Shown here: one piece after another, positions 25,169 to 37,241 of the stretch | How positions within the stretch are numbered: position 1 is the stretch's first letter | Layout: every line of letters begins with the position of its first letter | Origin: Moniliella sp. 'wahieum' | Taxonomy: Eukaryota | Reading direction: 5' to 3' | DNA: 51,490 nt | Assembly (NCBI GenBank): GCA_003971905.1 | Contig: RSEE01000174.1 | Span: forward strand, 1 to 51,490 | Made by a program: the position numbers and the translations under genes | The notes under the pieces: generated by a model | Told to the model about the DNA's origin: nothing | Database searches by the model: none | Seen by the model: only the letters and a program-made list of their open reading frames with translations

Positions 25169-26585
25169 ATGAACCTGCTCCCGTTCGAATCAGTTCCCCT
25201 TCAGGGGCTTGCCCAATTCGTCCTGGGTCTGGCGATGCCGTGCCTACGGTTGATTTCGGGCTTGGCCCAAACGGCACCCCGATCGGGGTCCGTTGAACAA
25301 GAATCCCTTGGCCCAAACGGCAGCCGGCTGGGGCCTCCGTTGAACAAGAAGCCCGTCGCATTCGAGAGAGACTCGGAAAGCGTTTGCCAAAAGTCTCCGA
25401 ATATGGACCCCACGGCCTGGTCCAAAATCTCAATAATGTGGGACAACCCTCCGAAATCAAGGCGGCCGAGGCGGCTCATCAGCAGCAGCAGCAGCGGGAG
25501 TGGATGTTACGGCATCTTCCGAATCCCTATCCCACAACGGAAGAAAAGATGGAGTTTACGAAGGGCCCGCATTCCACGGCCCCGAACAACTTTCAACGTA
25601 CAAACGGAGGCGATGAGACGGGATTGGAAGGTGGAGCATTGAACAGACTGCACAGTCACGGGAAGAAGCCCGCCACATCGATCGAGTCGGTTGACATTTG
25701 GTTCAGAAACAGCCGCACACGGTCGAGCTGGACCAAATTTTTCGACGCTTATGCTCAAAAGGATTTGGAGATATGGACCGCATCATCACTCAATGCTGGC
25801 TGATCCAGACCTTGCCTCGAATGTAGAAGTGGTGATGACGCTCTGAAGGGTGTTCGCAAAGAACACTGTGGGGCCTTCAACGCATCCATTGACACGATGC
25901 CTTGGGGTTCCAAGCGCAGAAAGACAGCATCCGGAAATTCGGCGTCGGCCAAGTCCACTCATCGGGGGAACGAAGTGGTGGATGGATCATCGACCGCACG
26001 CAAGTGCTCACTGACTTTCGAGCCATGGTGCGATACATCGCCATGCCCAAGGACGAACACGTTCGCGATTGGGTTGATAAAGTAGCGAAAAATGGCACGG
26101 GAGATGATCCTGGCTCGCATTTAGGATTCCAATGCGAGGAGAATCGGGCCATGTGCCGGATTGGATGCTCACGTCCTCCGCCCCCAGACTGTCTTTCGAA
26201 CCGTTGCAACCTCGTACGTCTCTCTCTTTAATTGTTATTGAACACCAACAGGTCATTGACATTTTCTTGTAGTCCCTACTTCAACAGAGCCCCCCACATT
26301 GACTGACGGACCGACTCGTCAACATCGAACCTTAGCAGTACCACTTTGACTCCTGCGGTTCAGTGCTCTCATTCCAGTGGGGGCTCAAATGTGGCGGCGA
26401 ATGCTACGCCTGGGGATTTCGGGTGGTCAACCCAGTCCGTGAGCCAAATTCGCACTTACCAAGAACTTGGATCTTCCTCCGGCGGACTTTGGAAAGTTTG
26501 CGCTATGATCGACGGATTGGCCGAGCGAGGTGGAGCGGAGAGGTTCATTCTGACATTTTTTCCGAAAGAATTAGATATCAACTGA
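25169..26585 (+). CDS. TALE-class HD1 homeodomain protein resembling smut mating-type bE
   Basis: WMLRHLPNPYPTTEEK..(insert)..SVDIWFRNSRTRSSWTKFFDAYAQKD resembles, from recall, bE NPYPT..WFINARRRSGW. Downstream FRAMVRYIAMPKDEHVRDWVDKV resembles bE W..MISWIKYGVKEKVGDWV. Probable intron about 26214-26272; 3' end uncertain. Confidence 0.8.
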
Positions 26586-28334
26586 TTTGGGGGATGAACT
26601 CTACCCCGCGTCCCTTTAAGAGGACTTGTTTCTCAGAGCGGGATTTTGACTACCATATATCCTCGCTCGCCTTCCGGTGGCGCAGAGTCGCATCCCTTTC
26701 TATGAATATCTCTCAATGATCTGTTCGACAACAAGTTTTCCATTTCTGCCCTCATCATCACCACCACCGGGGAGATCCATCTGGCTACTGGCCAGCATTC
26801 TCCCACTGATTTTGACGCGCCGTACCAGGCATGGGCATTTACTCTGTCCTTATCTAGTGCCCAGCACCGAGAAAGGAGCCACGTATATGTCCGTGCTTTC
26901 AACACGCTTCCCCACTGCGTTCACGGATCTCTTTATCTTCGCGCATGTTGGGGTTGATGGCCATGCTTTCCTTTTCATATCCATTTTACCATAACCGGTG
27001 GCACAACTGTTCGAAGGTGTGCAGCAACTGCTATGGGTTTCTTTCGGAAAAGTCTCACGGATTCCGACAAGAATATCAACAAATATGTTTTTCATATACT
27101 TCTTAAGATCCAATCAATAACAAATCATTTTATATATCGTGTGCTTCTGAATAGGTGTGTGAACGACTTATATGGACCCATATATCATGCCAGGGAGGAT
27201 CGCCGAGAAAGTGCATGTATAGTGTTGAATGTTGATGTATTAGGAACCAAAGAAGTGATGGGAGTTGAGAAGCAAAGGTTTATACCATGTTTTGTCCTTC
27301 CCTAACACACTGGTGGTTTTTTTAATTTGCCTAGTTGGTCTGGGCATTCTTATAGGCACTAGAGTGCCATCGATCCGACGGCCTGGTTTGGGTGTTAATG
27401 GGCCCGTTCCATCGTCCTCCGTCTGCTGTTCCTATTATTGGTCCAAAAACTTGTTGCAAAAACGTCCCCTCTTTGTCGGCCTCGCTCCTACTCCATGTGT
27501 AGAGTGTGAGCACTGAAAAACGTCGTATGGGATTCATAAACTTTTACGACTATCCGAGACGTGCGAGCTCGGAAGGAAGGAAAAGCCGGCCCACGTGCTG
27601 AGACCTGGGGTCTGATGGCCCTCGAGGGTAATCGAATCACACTGGTGGTGGTGGTGATCTAATAACCAGCCACAACCAGCAACGCCTGCAGAGGATTATC
27701 AAGCAGCGAGTCACCATCAGGGGGCTAAGCTGCAGGACAAGGAGGAGGAAACAGGAGAGGGAAAACAACGGAACTCCCAGGCCTGAAGAGGAAACTCAAG
27801 GGACATTGGCCAGAGTACGAGCCACCGATGGCTAACATCACTTGTGACTCAGGGTCCGCGTGGTCCTAGAACGGATGTTGCCTATATATAGGAGGTAACA
27901 TTACAACCTAAGCTTGGGACGAAGAATCGCGGCGCCTAACCGGCCTCCAAATCCGGCGTGGTAGCTTGCTGGTGCAAAAGCCATTTAGGAAACCATAGGA
28001 ACCGCCTGCAGGTGTATATTGAGACTGAGGCCTGTCGTTCCAATAACGCACGCCGTCGTAGCGTGATGGGTCTTGGTGGGCTCAGGTGCTCGCACCATGT
28101 GGGGTACTTGAATTGGTGAAACCTGTCCCTGAATAGAGCGGCACCGGACCCGGCTGAGGTAATGGCCCCGGTTGTGCCTCCGGCACTAGTGCGGTGTCGG
28201 CAATCATTAATCCAAGCACCCCGGCGGAATGGGTTGGGCTAAAGTTTTGCCTTTCACGTCCCCAACGCTTCGTTGGGTACGACGTCGTTGACGTGCGTAC
28301 ACGTCGGCGGCCTCCTTCCGGCGTCACGGCCACC

Positions 28335-30200
28335 ATGACGGCGTCCGTGCTGGCCAAGGAGGCCCTCCAAGCCGCTGCTACCGATCCAGCGCGGCTGCTC
28401 CTCCCCCTCGTGCCCCCCGCCACGGGATGCTCCCGCCCGCCCCCAGCGGTGGCAGGTTGCCAGCACAGCAGCGGACGCCTTGGCGCCGCCGCTGAACCTC
28501 CTTCGGGCGGCCAACTCTCGGCGGCTCGGACGGCGTTCCGTACTTCCGATGGTGTGGTCTGGACCGCGCGCTCCACACCTTTCCTGCTGCCTGGCCGCGC
28601 ATTGCCCACCGGCACCACCCTGCAGGCCATCCCATCCCGCCCCCGGGTCTGTCCAAGACGATGCGGCGGCGGCGTGGGAAGAGATGGTGCCACAAGTGAT
28701 TGATTGCTTCGGTCTGCAACGTTCTGATGACGGAGGAGTACAGTAATCAAGTGATCCAGGAGCGCAATCACAACTCAAGAGCGACAGCTTTGGTCTGTGT
28801 CGAGCGCATTGTACCAGACCAGCCAGGCGGTGTGGAGCAGCCAGGTGCCCAGATGTTACCCTCGTCATGGCCCATGCCAATGGGCTCCAAAGGAGGTGAG
28901 TCCCTCTCCCCCCTTTCTCCTGAAATGCAAGCACGGGTAAACTAATCAGGATTCATCCCGAGCAGACGTTTGAACCATTCCTAGCTGCCCTGCTGGCCAG
29001 GCTTCCGTCTGACATTGTTGTTGATGATATTTGGTCCTTGATGGGATCGACATGGGCGAATCTGCCTCGCTCAATCGGCATGGCATTGGGGCTGGACGTA
29101 CGTTGCTCTTTCATTTCCTCTTCGTACCTTGAGACTGTTCGTGCGGGGCAAAGAAGAAATACTGACCTAGACACCTTTTCTCAGTCAACGTTGGCCCGAT
29201 TGACCAGAGATCTGATTCAGTTGATCAAACACTACTTCCCGCCTCCCGTCCTGGTCGGAGGGTAGGGGACGTCTTCCGCGTGCCGAGGATGACGCCCAGC
29301 CCGTTCGCGTCATCCTGATCGGACACAGCTTGGGAGCATGTCTTTCTGCCATAGTAGCCAATACGCACCTGAGCTGATCGACACGCTCATGCTTGACCCA
29401 CCTCTGCCCCACCCCCTGTCTTCTCCGTCGAGGGTCTTTCACCGGTACTTGGACCAGATGGGTCAGAGGTGCCCCGCGGAGGGTAGTTTTTGGGAATCAC
29501 CTCTTTGTATGTGAATGAGCCGCGCGGGCTAGCATAACGGTGCGCAGACGGGACACTTGGCCTTCCCTTGCGGCAGCCCGAGATTCGCTGACCCAATCGT
29601 CGTTCTACGGGAGTTGGGATGCCACGGTACGGGACTTGTTTGTGGAGCATGCGTTGGTTCCTCTCCCCAGGGCGGATGGGAGCATTCCGGGCGATGGCAA
29701 GACCCGATGCGCCAGTGGGACTCAGTACAGCCAAGTACTCGGAAGCTTCTGTTTTGCCGCCATCTGGAGCGGCATGGGCCATTTCCTTGCTCTCTTTTCG
29801 GGTTCCTTTGCCCACTACTGGGAACGCTATGCTCCCCCGGCAAATCGTAAGGGTCGTACCTTCACCGCTTTTGCGACCCGAGTACCAGCTGTACGCTTGA
29901 CCATGCCGTACTACCAGCGCATGCGCCTTGTTATGGTAACGCCGATGCAGTTCCCGTGTCGGAACAACGGAGGGAGGGGGGGAACGGCTACGATCCCAGC
30001 TGATGCGCACAAGGTGCCGAGTGCCGACCCAGTACATTCCGGATGGGAGGAACTGCGGGCACGCTTCCATATCAAAGGAGAAGCCGCTGTGTTGCTGATT
30101 CGGGCCACATGTTGCCGCAGATGCAGCGGACAATGTGGCAAGTGTCGTCGCCGGTTGGATAGCTGAGACGGTCAGCGAGAAACAAACTGTTTCATCTTTA
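28335..30200 (+). CDS. Alpha/beta hydrolase (Abhydrolase_6-like), with introns
   Basis: FPAAWPR, VTLVMAHANG, TFEPFLAALL, DDIWS, RDLIQLIKHY, nucleophile elbow VILIGHSLGA and RRRDTWPSLAAARDSLTQSSFYGSWDATVRDLFVEHAL. Confidence 0.85.
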
Positions 30201-30790
30201 AGTTGCGCACATTCTATCTCTTTTTTGTTGCAACTGAACTTACTGGCCTGTTTACGGGCCAATATGTGGACCTTTTGATGTATTCACGAAAACTGGATGC
30301 CCATCACTGTATGAGTACGCCGGGGAAGGGCAAGCACATGATTCTTTTTGCCATGCTGTGGTCCCCCATCACCTTCAATATAACTTGCACCGTATGCGGT
30401 GGCAACCATCACATAGGTGGCAGGTTGCGCTGGGGTATATGAGCCCGCCGAAACGTGATAAACCACGCACAGACTGTCAGCGTTGAGCAGAGGCCTGGCG
30501 GTGGGGCGCGTCTCATGGGAACTCTATCAGATCAAGCCCATATAAACAGCTGTTTCATCAAAGGCATGTTGGGTGCGTCCATCAAGTGCTACCATGCTAG
30601 AGTGTTTTTCGTTTTCCGCTTCCTACTAGACCCTCAATGCGATATCAATACAGCTTTGCTTCCAATGGAGATCGATTGGGGAACAGGTGTATGGTTCGAG
30701 CCACAAATGGAGAGGCCATCATCTAGAGAAGGCGTCCCTAGCGGCAATACAACGAAAGCCAAAAAAGGGGGCACAATCACATGGATTAGC

Positions 30791-31156
30791 TTACTGAAGG
30801 CCGGCCTCGCTAAAGGCTTGCTGCTCAGCGTGGCGTGGCCTTCTCTTGTCGACAAAGTCCAGACCTTTGGTCTCCACAACGCGGGTCAGACCAGCCGAGA
30901 CAAGCCCGGCAAGAATCTGCTTGGCTGGGCGTGGTCGGCCGGCTCACCGTCTTGGCCTGTGGTCGTGTAGGCCTGAGAGCCTCGTAGCCAACTGCGCACC
31001 CCAGCACCTGGTGACTAAAATAGGGACGGTTGTGTGAGAAAAATGGGAAGGGACCAAGAGTACTCGGCAGAGAGAAGAAGCAGGACGTACGAAAGCTTGG
31101 CCTTGTGGCTCTCGAGCCATCGTAGCTCTGGGAGTGTTGTAGTTGTCGAGACCCAT
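30791..31156 (-). CDS. CipC-like / DUF3759 small protein; not visible as one ORF in the track
   Basis: CCACCATGG start at 31156. ESHKAKLS | intron 31090-31015 (GTACGT..TAG) | HQVLG..VGYEA..EPADHA..KQILAGLVSAGLTRVVETKGLDFVDK..RHAEQQAFSEAGLQ*. HKAKLSH and ETKGLDFVDK are family-typical. Confidence 0.85.
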
Positions 31157-31258
31157 GGTGGATGGTTGATGAGAGCGTGGGTGTGAGGTGGGAGAGCGGG
31201 AGGAGGGAAGGCGATGGGGTGGTGGGAGAAAGAAGGCAGAGGGGGGGGGGGGGGGCGA

Positions 31259-31268
31259 TATATATATG
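31259..31268 (-). promoter_or_regulatory. TATA-like box of the CipC-like gene, followed by a pyrimidine-rich tract
   Basis: TATATATA about 100 bp upstream of the ATG, then a poly-C/CT-rich leader on the minus strand. Confidence 0.55.
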
Positions 31269-34200
31269 CTGTTTTCGCTATAGAGATCAGTTCCATGGCA
31301 GTTTTGTTACGAGCAATAGAAAGAGGGGGAGTTGAGGGTGTGCACGGACACAGTGGATCAGTACTGAGACAGTCGCGTTCTGCAGCTGCTCTCGTCGCAG
31401 CAGAGTCGCAGCAGAGTCGCTCCGGGCACGTGGCTGTGTGGGAACTAGAAGTGCGAGAGAAGGGAACTAGCATATAGGAATAGCGATGTTCGCCCAGACC
31501 ATTTTCGGTGTCCCTCCCACCCATCCGCGCAGCCCTCAGAAATGTCCGCACAGCAATACGAATGTGCTGGTACAATTGTTGTAACCAACAACAACGGGCG
31601 AAGGATATATTATCGTCCCTTGGCTGTTGGTGTGCACAACAGACACCCTCCCGACTGCCCCCCTGCAGCGCTGCTGCAACACCCGCGGACTTTGGGTTGG
31701 CCACTCTGCTTCTCTCTCGCTCCACCGGCCACCCGCACCGCCAGGGGCAGATTTCTCACGTCTAAAGTCTAAAGGCCCAGGCCGGGGGCAACATACCACT
31801 GTGGTGTTTTGCACACAGCGTGATCGCGTGGTTTCAGGTTTGTGCCTGGGGGGCAGCTCTCGGACCAGGCAGCTGATGCGCTGACGGGTCCTTGTGTCGT
31901 CCTCGGCTCTCCCCGGTGTGGCTCTGCTGGGCCCTGCTCCGCCCACTCGGCCGACCGCAGCAGCACACAGCTCCGCAGTCCAGTGTCGTACCTAAGCGTG
32001 TGTTGCTCGTGTTGGTCTGTGGCGCACCGCAGCCAGCCGGAGGGCGGTCACGCGTGACTATATATAGGCTTCAAGGGTGACATTACGCGTCACAAAGCAA
32101 AACGCCCGAGAGGATATACAGCGCATCGATTACATGTTACACGATGACGCCATCCGTCCTACTTTCCTCTTTCCAGTCTTGTATATCTAGCGCGAGCTTG
32201 GCTGGTCGCAGCACACGCAAGATGCACAGGTCGGTTGGGCGTAGCGTTCCCTGTCCCAGCCTAAGCTCTGTCAATGATAAGGACGCAATAAGAGAGCGAA
32301 AGACGGGCTGTGCCATTTCAGCGAGAGATAATCCCCCGATATGAGGAGGATACGATGTGGCCGCTAAAGCTTCATGGTGAGGGCTAGGGAGTCCAAATAT
32401 TCACAGGTGCTATAGGCAAGACAGATGCGCAGAGAATGCGAATCCAGGATGCGGAGTAGCGTCGCAGCCGCCAAAGCGTCACCAGCGGTGGCGAGGGGGT
32501 GATGAGTAGAAAGAGGGAAAGTCTCGCCAGGTGCCAGTTGTTCCAACTGCAAACCAGGCTGCGGCACGGGGGACGGTAGAAGAGGACACTCCCCCCTCCT
32601 GAAGAGCGGGGCTGAGAAGCTAGATACTGATGAAAACCCAGAGGATGGGTATAGAGATCCTAGGATGATGAGGGCTTTTGTGGCACTGGCAACTTACGGC
32701 AATCGGGGGGTGGTGGGTGTGTATGCCTCGAGCCACACCTTGTGTATATACAGGGGCCATAGTGCCATATGGCGCGGGATACTTGTATGTCGCATGTCGG
32801 TAGTCAAATTGGGCAAAAGATTGATAGCAAAAAAGGGGGGCTGTAGCGCGAAAGAGGATGAGATTGATGACAGAGAGAGTCCAACAGTATATGGCTGCAG
32901 TGGAGTAATGATCAAGGCTACTCACATCGCCCACGTTGCCGCCAGCAGTGGCTACGCCACTGTTAATAAAGTACCGTGCCACCGTCCCAGATCCTGAGAC
33001 CAAACCCCACCAACGTACCCCCACCCACCCCCTCCACTGCTGCTCACGACAGAGAGAAATCGTCTCTTCCGAAGCCCATATTGCACAGCCGCCTCGCTCT
33101 TCCGAAGCCATATTGCACAACCGCTTTCCATTCCCAGGCCGCAACATTCAGCATGAACCCGAATAATGAGCCCAGTTCCTTCCTATCCCCGTCAGGACCA
33201 TGCCAAGTTGGTCCTGCGTCTGGCGCTGCCGTGGCTGAAATTTCTCCGGGCTTGGCGGAGACGGCGGCACTCCTGCGGTCTCCAGGAAGAAAAAGACAGT
33301 CAGATTCGAGCCAGGCTCGGAAACCGTTGCCACAAGTCTCTGGAGAACGACTCAACGCCCTGGTCGAAGAGCTCTTGAAGGTGGACAAACTTCAGAAACC
33401 GAAGCAGCAGAAAGGGTCGTCAGCTTAGGCGGCAGCGGCAGTATGTTACTGCACTCCACGATGAACCCTTTCCCACGAAAGGAAATGATGGAGATGATGC
33501 GCAGGGCCCGGATTTGTGCCCAACAATGAGGACATGAGTGCCAGCCAAAATCCAAGATCCCTTTGATGCTTTTACGTATCGGGCCACCATGCCAATAACT
33601 TCTGCATACGTTCTCGTGGTGGCAGTCTTCTTCTCGTCGTTCTTCTACTCACTTGCTCTTCGACTTCCACGGTTACTAAAGCGGTACCCTATTTTCCCGT
33701 CGCCACTGCATAACTGCAGTTAGGGCGTCGCTGGGGAACCGGGATCATCGACCATTATGATTCATCTATAACGCGAACGACATCAGTACAAGCGGAAGGA
33801 GGGCGTGAGAGGAATCAGAGGGGGAGCACGTCTGCGCAATGCATGTGTCTCCTGAAGAGCGATGGGTGTGTGTTTTCACTACAGATGACGTCGATGTCGT
33901 CTCGAATATATGTATATCTCTCAGATCTTCCTCAGAACCACTTAAGTATGTAGGCACGTAACTCTCGTATAATTATCTGTTGGAATTTGTCTTTCTTTTT
34001 ATTACTGGTCTCGGCCCGTTCGTTCTATCTCGCATTAATTCGAGTAAATAAGCATCAACTCCCTCTTTCGTATTAGTAAGAACCAAACCATTTACTGGCA
34101 CCGTCGCCGCTTCTTGGAACGAGTCGAGCAAGTACGTGATCTTTCCCGTCCGGCAGTCGATGGCTCCAACGGCATACATCTCATCCCCCTCTCTTCCCTC

Positions 34201-34849
34201 ATCATTCTTTCTCATTCCGTTGGTCCCTCTCATCTCGCCTCTCTTCATATCACCGCGCGCTACACAGCATCAAATTAAATGATGATGAACCTTCGCTTCA
34301 AAGAAGGTGGAGATGCGTTGTAGACGGTATAATTGAAGCGTCGTATACGATATCGTAGTATAAGCTTCTGAGTATTGTATTGTCAAGAGAATGGAAAAGG
34401 TAGGTAGGCTATCGCCATACCGGAACCAAAAATAGAAAAAGAACAAAAAGAGGGCAACAGGGCGTACTGTGGCCTTGGCACCTGGGTGGACCAGTGGTAG
34501 GCCGGCTGGGCGCGATCCCCAGATTCAGCACTGCCAGACGCAACGCGGACTGGGTAAATACGAAACGCAGTATGCCTAGGGGACGACGCGTATCCGAGAG
34601 AGGCAGATGAAACGAGGCTGAGGTCGTTCTGTAGACAGAAGAGGCCGTGAGGCGTGACGCGCCCTAGTAGTATATGCACCGAAAAAAAGAAACTCCGTCG
34701 CCATCCCGACATGCCCTTGGCTTCTTTCCTTCCCGCTTGCCCCGACAGAGACCCTCAAATAGGTGGGGCGCGACCCGAGGCATCGTTCCACAGGAAGAAG
34801 CAACCAGAGCGGAGCAGAGAACAGAAAGAGACGGAAAGAGAAGCTCACA

Positions 34850-35678
34850 TCGCTAGGACATCGTGGCGTGTTGCTGCTTGTTTTTTTCTGTGAATGATCT
34901 TCTTGGCGTGCAATCATGGCTAGCGTGGTTACAAAAGACGGTATCCACATAGGGGGGGGTACTGTATGACAAACGAAGGCAGAGTTAGTAAGGACGAGGG
35001 GTGGTGGAAAGGAGAGCCGGAGAGAAGGAGAGCCGGAGAGGAGAAGTGGGGAAGGAGGACGAACCAGTTACGACAGCTCGGTTGCCAAAGACAGGTTCTT
35101 GGATCGATGCAACCGTGCCGTGGGGCTAGGAACTCCCACAGACCCGAAAAGTGGTGTCGGTGCGTGCAGTTTGTACGTTTGTGTGGGGGGCGGGGCCGAG
35201 GAGGAAAAAGAAGAAGAGGGGGAGGCGCCAGCGGGACACTGGGCCCAGTTACGAAAGGTAACGCTCATGTCGCGCGAATTGAAAAGGGTAAAGTAAGGTC
35301 GGCTCAGTTCGCAGAGCACATCCCGTGCGGGGATCCGACAGGACCCAGTTACCCTCGATCCCGGCCAGACTGGCCTTGCTCTGGCGCGCTGTGAGCAGGG
35401 GCGCGTGGGTGCGCGTGTCTTGCACCAGGTACTCGCCCGCGCGGAACACAGCCGTGTACTCGTGCGACACGCTCTTCCACTGCAGCACGGGGGTGCGCGT
35501 GGCCTGGTCTGTGGCATAGAGCTTGGAGGAAAACGCCATCTTGCCCGAAAGCTTGATGCGCTGCGGCTCGCGGTGCTGCGCCCAGGCGGGGAAGAGGCCG
35601 ATGGGGGTGGGGTGAGAGCGCGACGCGAACTTGGGATAGGCGGGGGGCGAGGCAGGATTTGGCGTCGGGACGAGGCAT
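34850..35678 (-). CDS. LURP-one-related / Tubby C-terminal-like protein
   Basis: PIGLFPAWAQHREPQRIKLSGKMAFSSKLYATD..PVL, YLVQDTRTHAPLLTAR, ELSRPYFTLFNSRDMSVTFRN, and after an intron VPPYVD..TLAMIAR. The layout is typical of fungal LOR proteins. Confidence 0.6.
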
Positions 35679-35721
35679 GATGCACGATGGGGGTCGGATG
35701 GGAGTCGGATGTGATGGGAAT

Positions 35722-35778
35722 GGATGGGATGGATGGGCTGGATGGGATGGATGGGCTGGATGGGATGGATGGGATGGG
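35722..35778. repeat. GGAT/GGGAT compound microsatellite
   Basis: Directly visible in the presumed 5' leader of the LOR gene. Confidence 0.9.
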
Positions 35779-37241
35779 CTCTATATAAACAAGAGGAGCA
35801 AAAGTAAGGACAACAGGAACAAGCAGGAACAACAGGAGTACGTAGCGGCTAGGAGGAGCGACGGCCGGTGATGTCACCGGTGAGCTGTTCGCTCTGCGTC
35901 TCCATGACGTCAGGTATGACGGGAGTCCGACGGCCCACGTGGGTTAGTAGCAACGCTGCGTGGGCAGCTGTTGCGTCGTGGACTTCGCGCCCGCAACGCG
36001 CTCGGCGGGTGTCGTGGGCAGCAGACCAGGCGATACGAGCGGTAGCGAATGGAGTGGTGGTGCGGAGGGGATGGAGTGGTGGTCGCCCCACAGGAGGGAC
36101 AAAGAGAAGGACCGCAAGGGGGAGGTCGCGCGCATGCGCGAGCTGCCCGCTGCGCCCCCAGTGCATATGGGGCGCACTGCGCCAGCCTGGGCAAGCGATC
36201 TATCTACGTCACACACAGCCTGTCGCTAGTGCAGTTCCACTCATGCATCATGCACCATGCATCATGCATCATGCATCATGGCACCTTCAAGCTTCAAGCT
36301 TCACGCGTCACGCGTCACGCGTCACGAGCCCCTGTTGGCGAACCCTGTGCAGTGACGCCATGCTGGATACACGAGCCGAAGTATACGCTGTATGACCGTG
36401 ACAAGCGCGTGACATGTGACAGCCAATCAGAACAGACACAGAGGGTGAACCAGGTTCTCGAGCAGCACCTTCGTTGCTACCTGTGGACGCGCAGCAGTCT
36501 AACTGCGTTGATCTTCTCTAGGCCGTAGCTCGGAAGACGCGTGTCGCACCCAGATGCGGTATCGGACCTACGCTGCGGAGATCAGCATCGCACCGAGGTC
36601 GTGCTTTCAGTTGGTCAACGGGTTTTTGGTCCGTCGCGGGGGCGGTACTTACCCGATGCCTCTTGGTTCCCTCTTGTTTCCTCCCACGAAGAATGGTCTT
36701 GCCATTTCCCCGTCTCTGACAGCACCTTGGTCTCCCGTCTAGCCCCGACTGTTTCATCCAAGAGAATCCGGCTACATGCTTGGTGTCAGTAATTCACCCT
36801 TCTCGAACGTCACCATTCCACAGCCGTCAATAGACGCCACGTGTGAGTGGGGGGAGGTAGAACACAGATCAGATTTCCAAAAGACATCATATACAAAGGC
36901 AACATTTTCTTCACGGGTACACTAATCATCGGTACATACATTCTTGGCAAACCTTTACGCTTTCGCCCACACACCATTCAGGTGCCATGTGTGCGGGGAG
37001 AGAGGTCAACAAGACACCAGTCGTCCCTTGGGGAATTCGCACATCCCGATACACGAGCCCACACGTGCACAGTACAAAGCAAGAAACCGAACGGGAGTGC
37101 AAGGCCCGATCTCTTGTCTTGCTTCCTCGATTGGCGGGGTCTCGCACCACTAAGGGAGACCTTATTGTGGCACGTTTCCCTCGGCATCAGGTCGCGTCGG
37201 ATCGTACAGGTTAATACCCTCGTGTTCTCACAGGAGCAGGG

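Noticed and set aside
30660..30705. tRNA suggested by a GGTTCGAGCC B-box-like motif (similar GTTCAACTC near 43324)
   Set aside because: No cloverleaf stems or properly spaced A-box.
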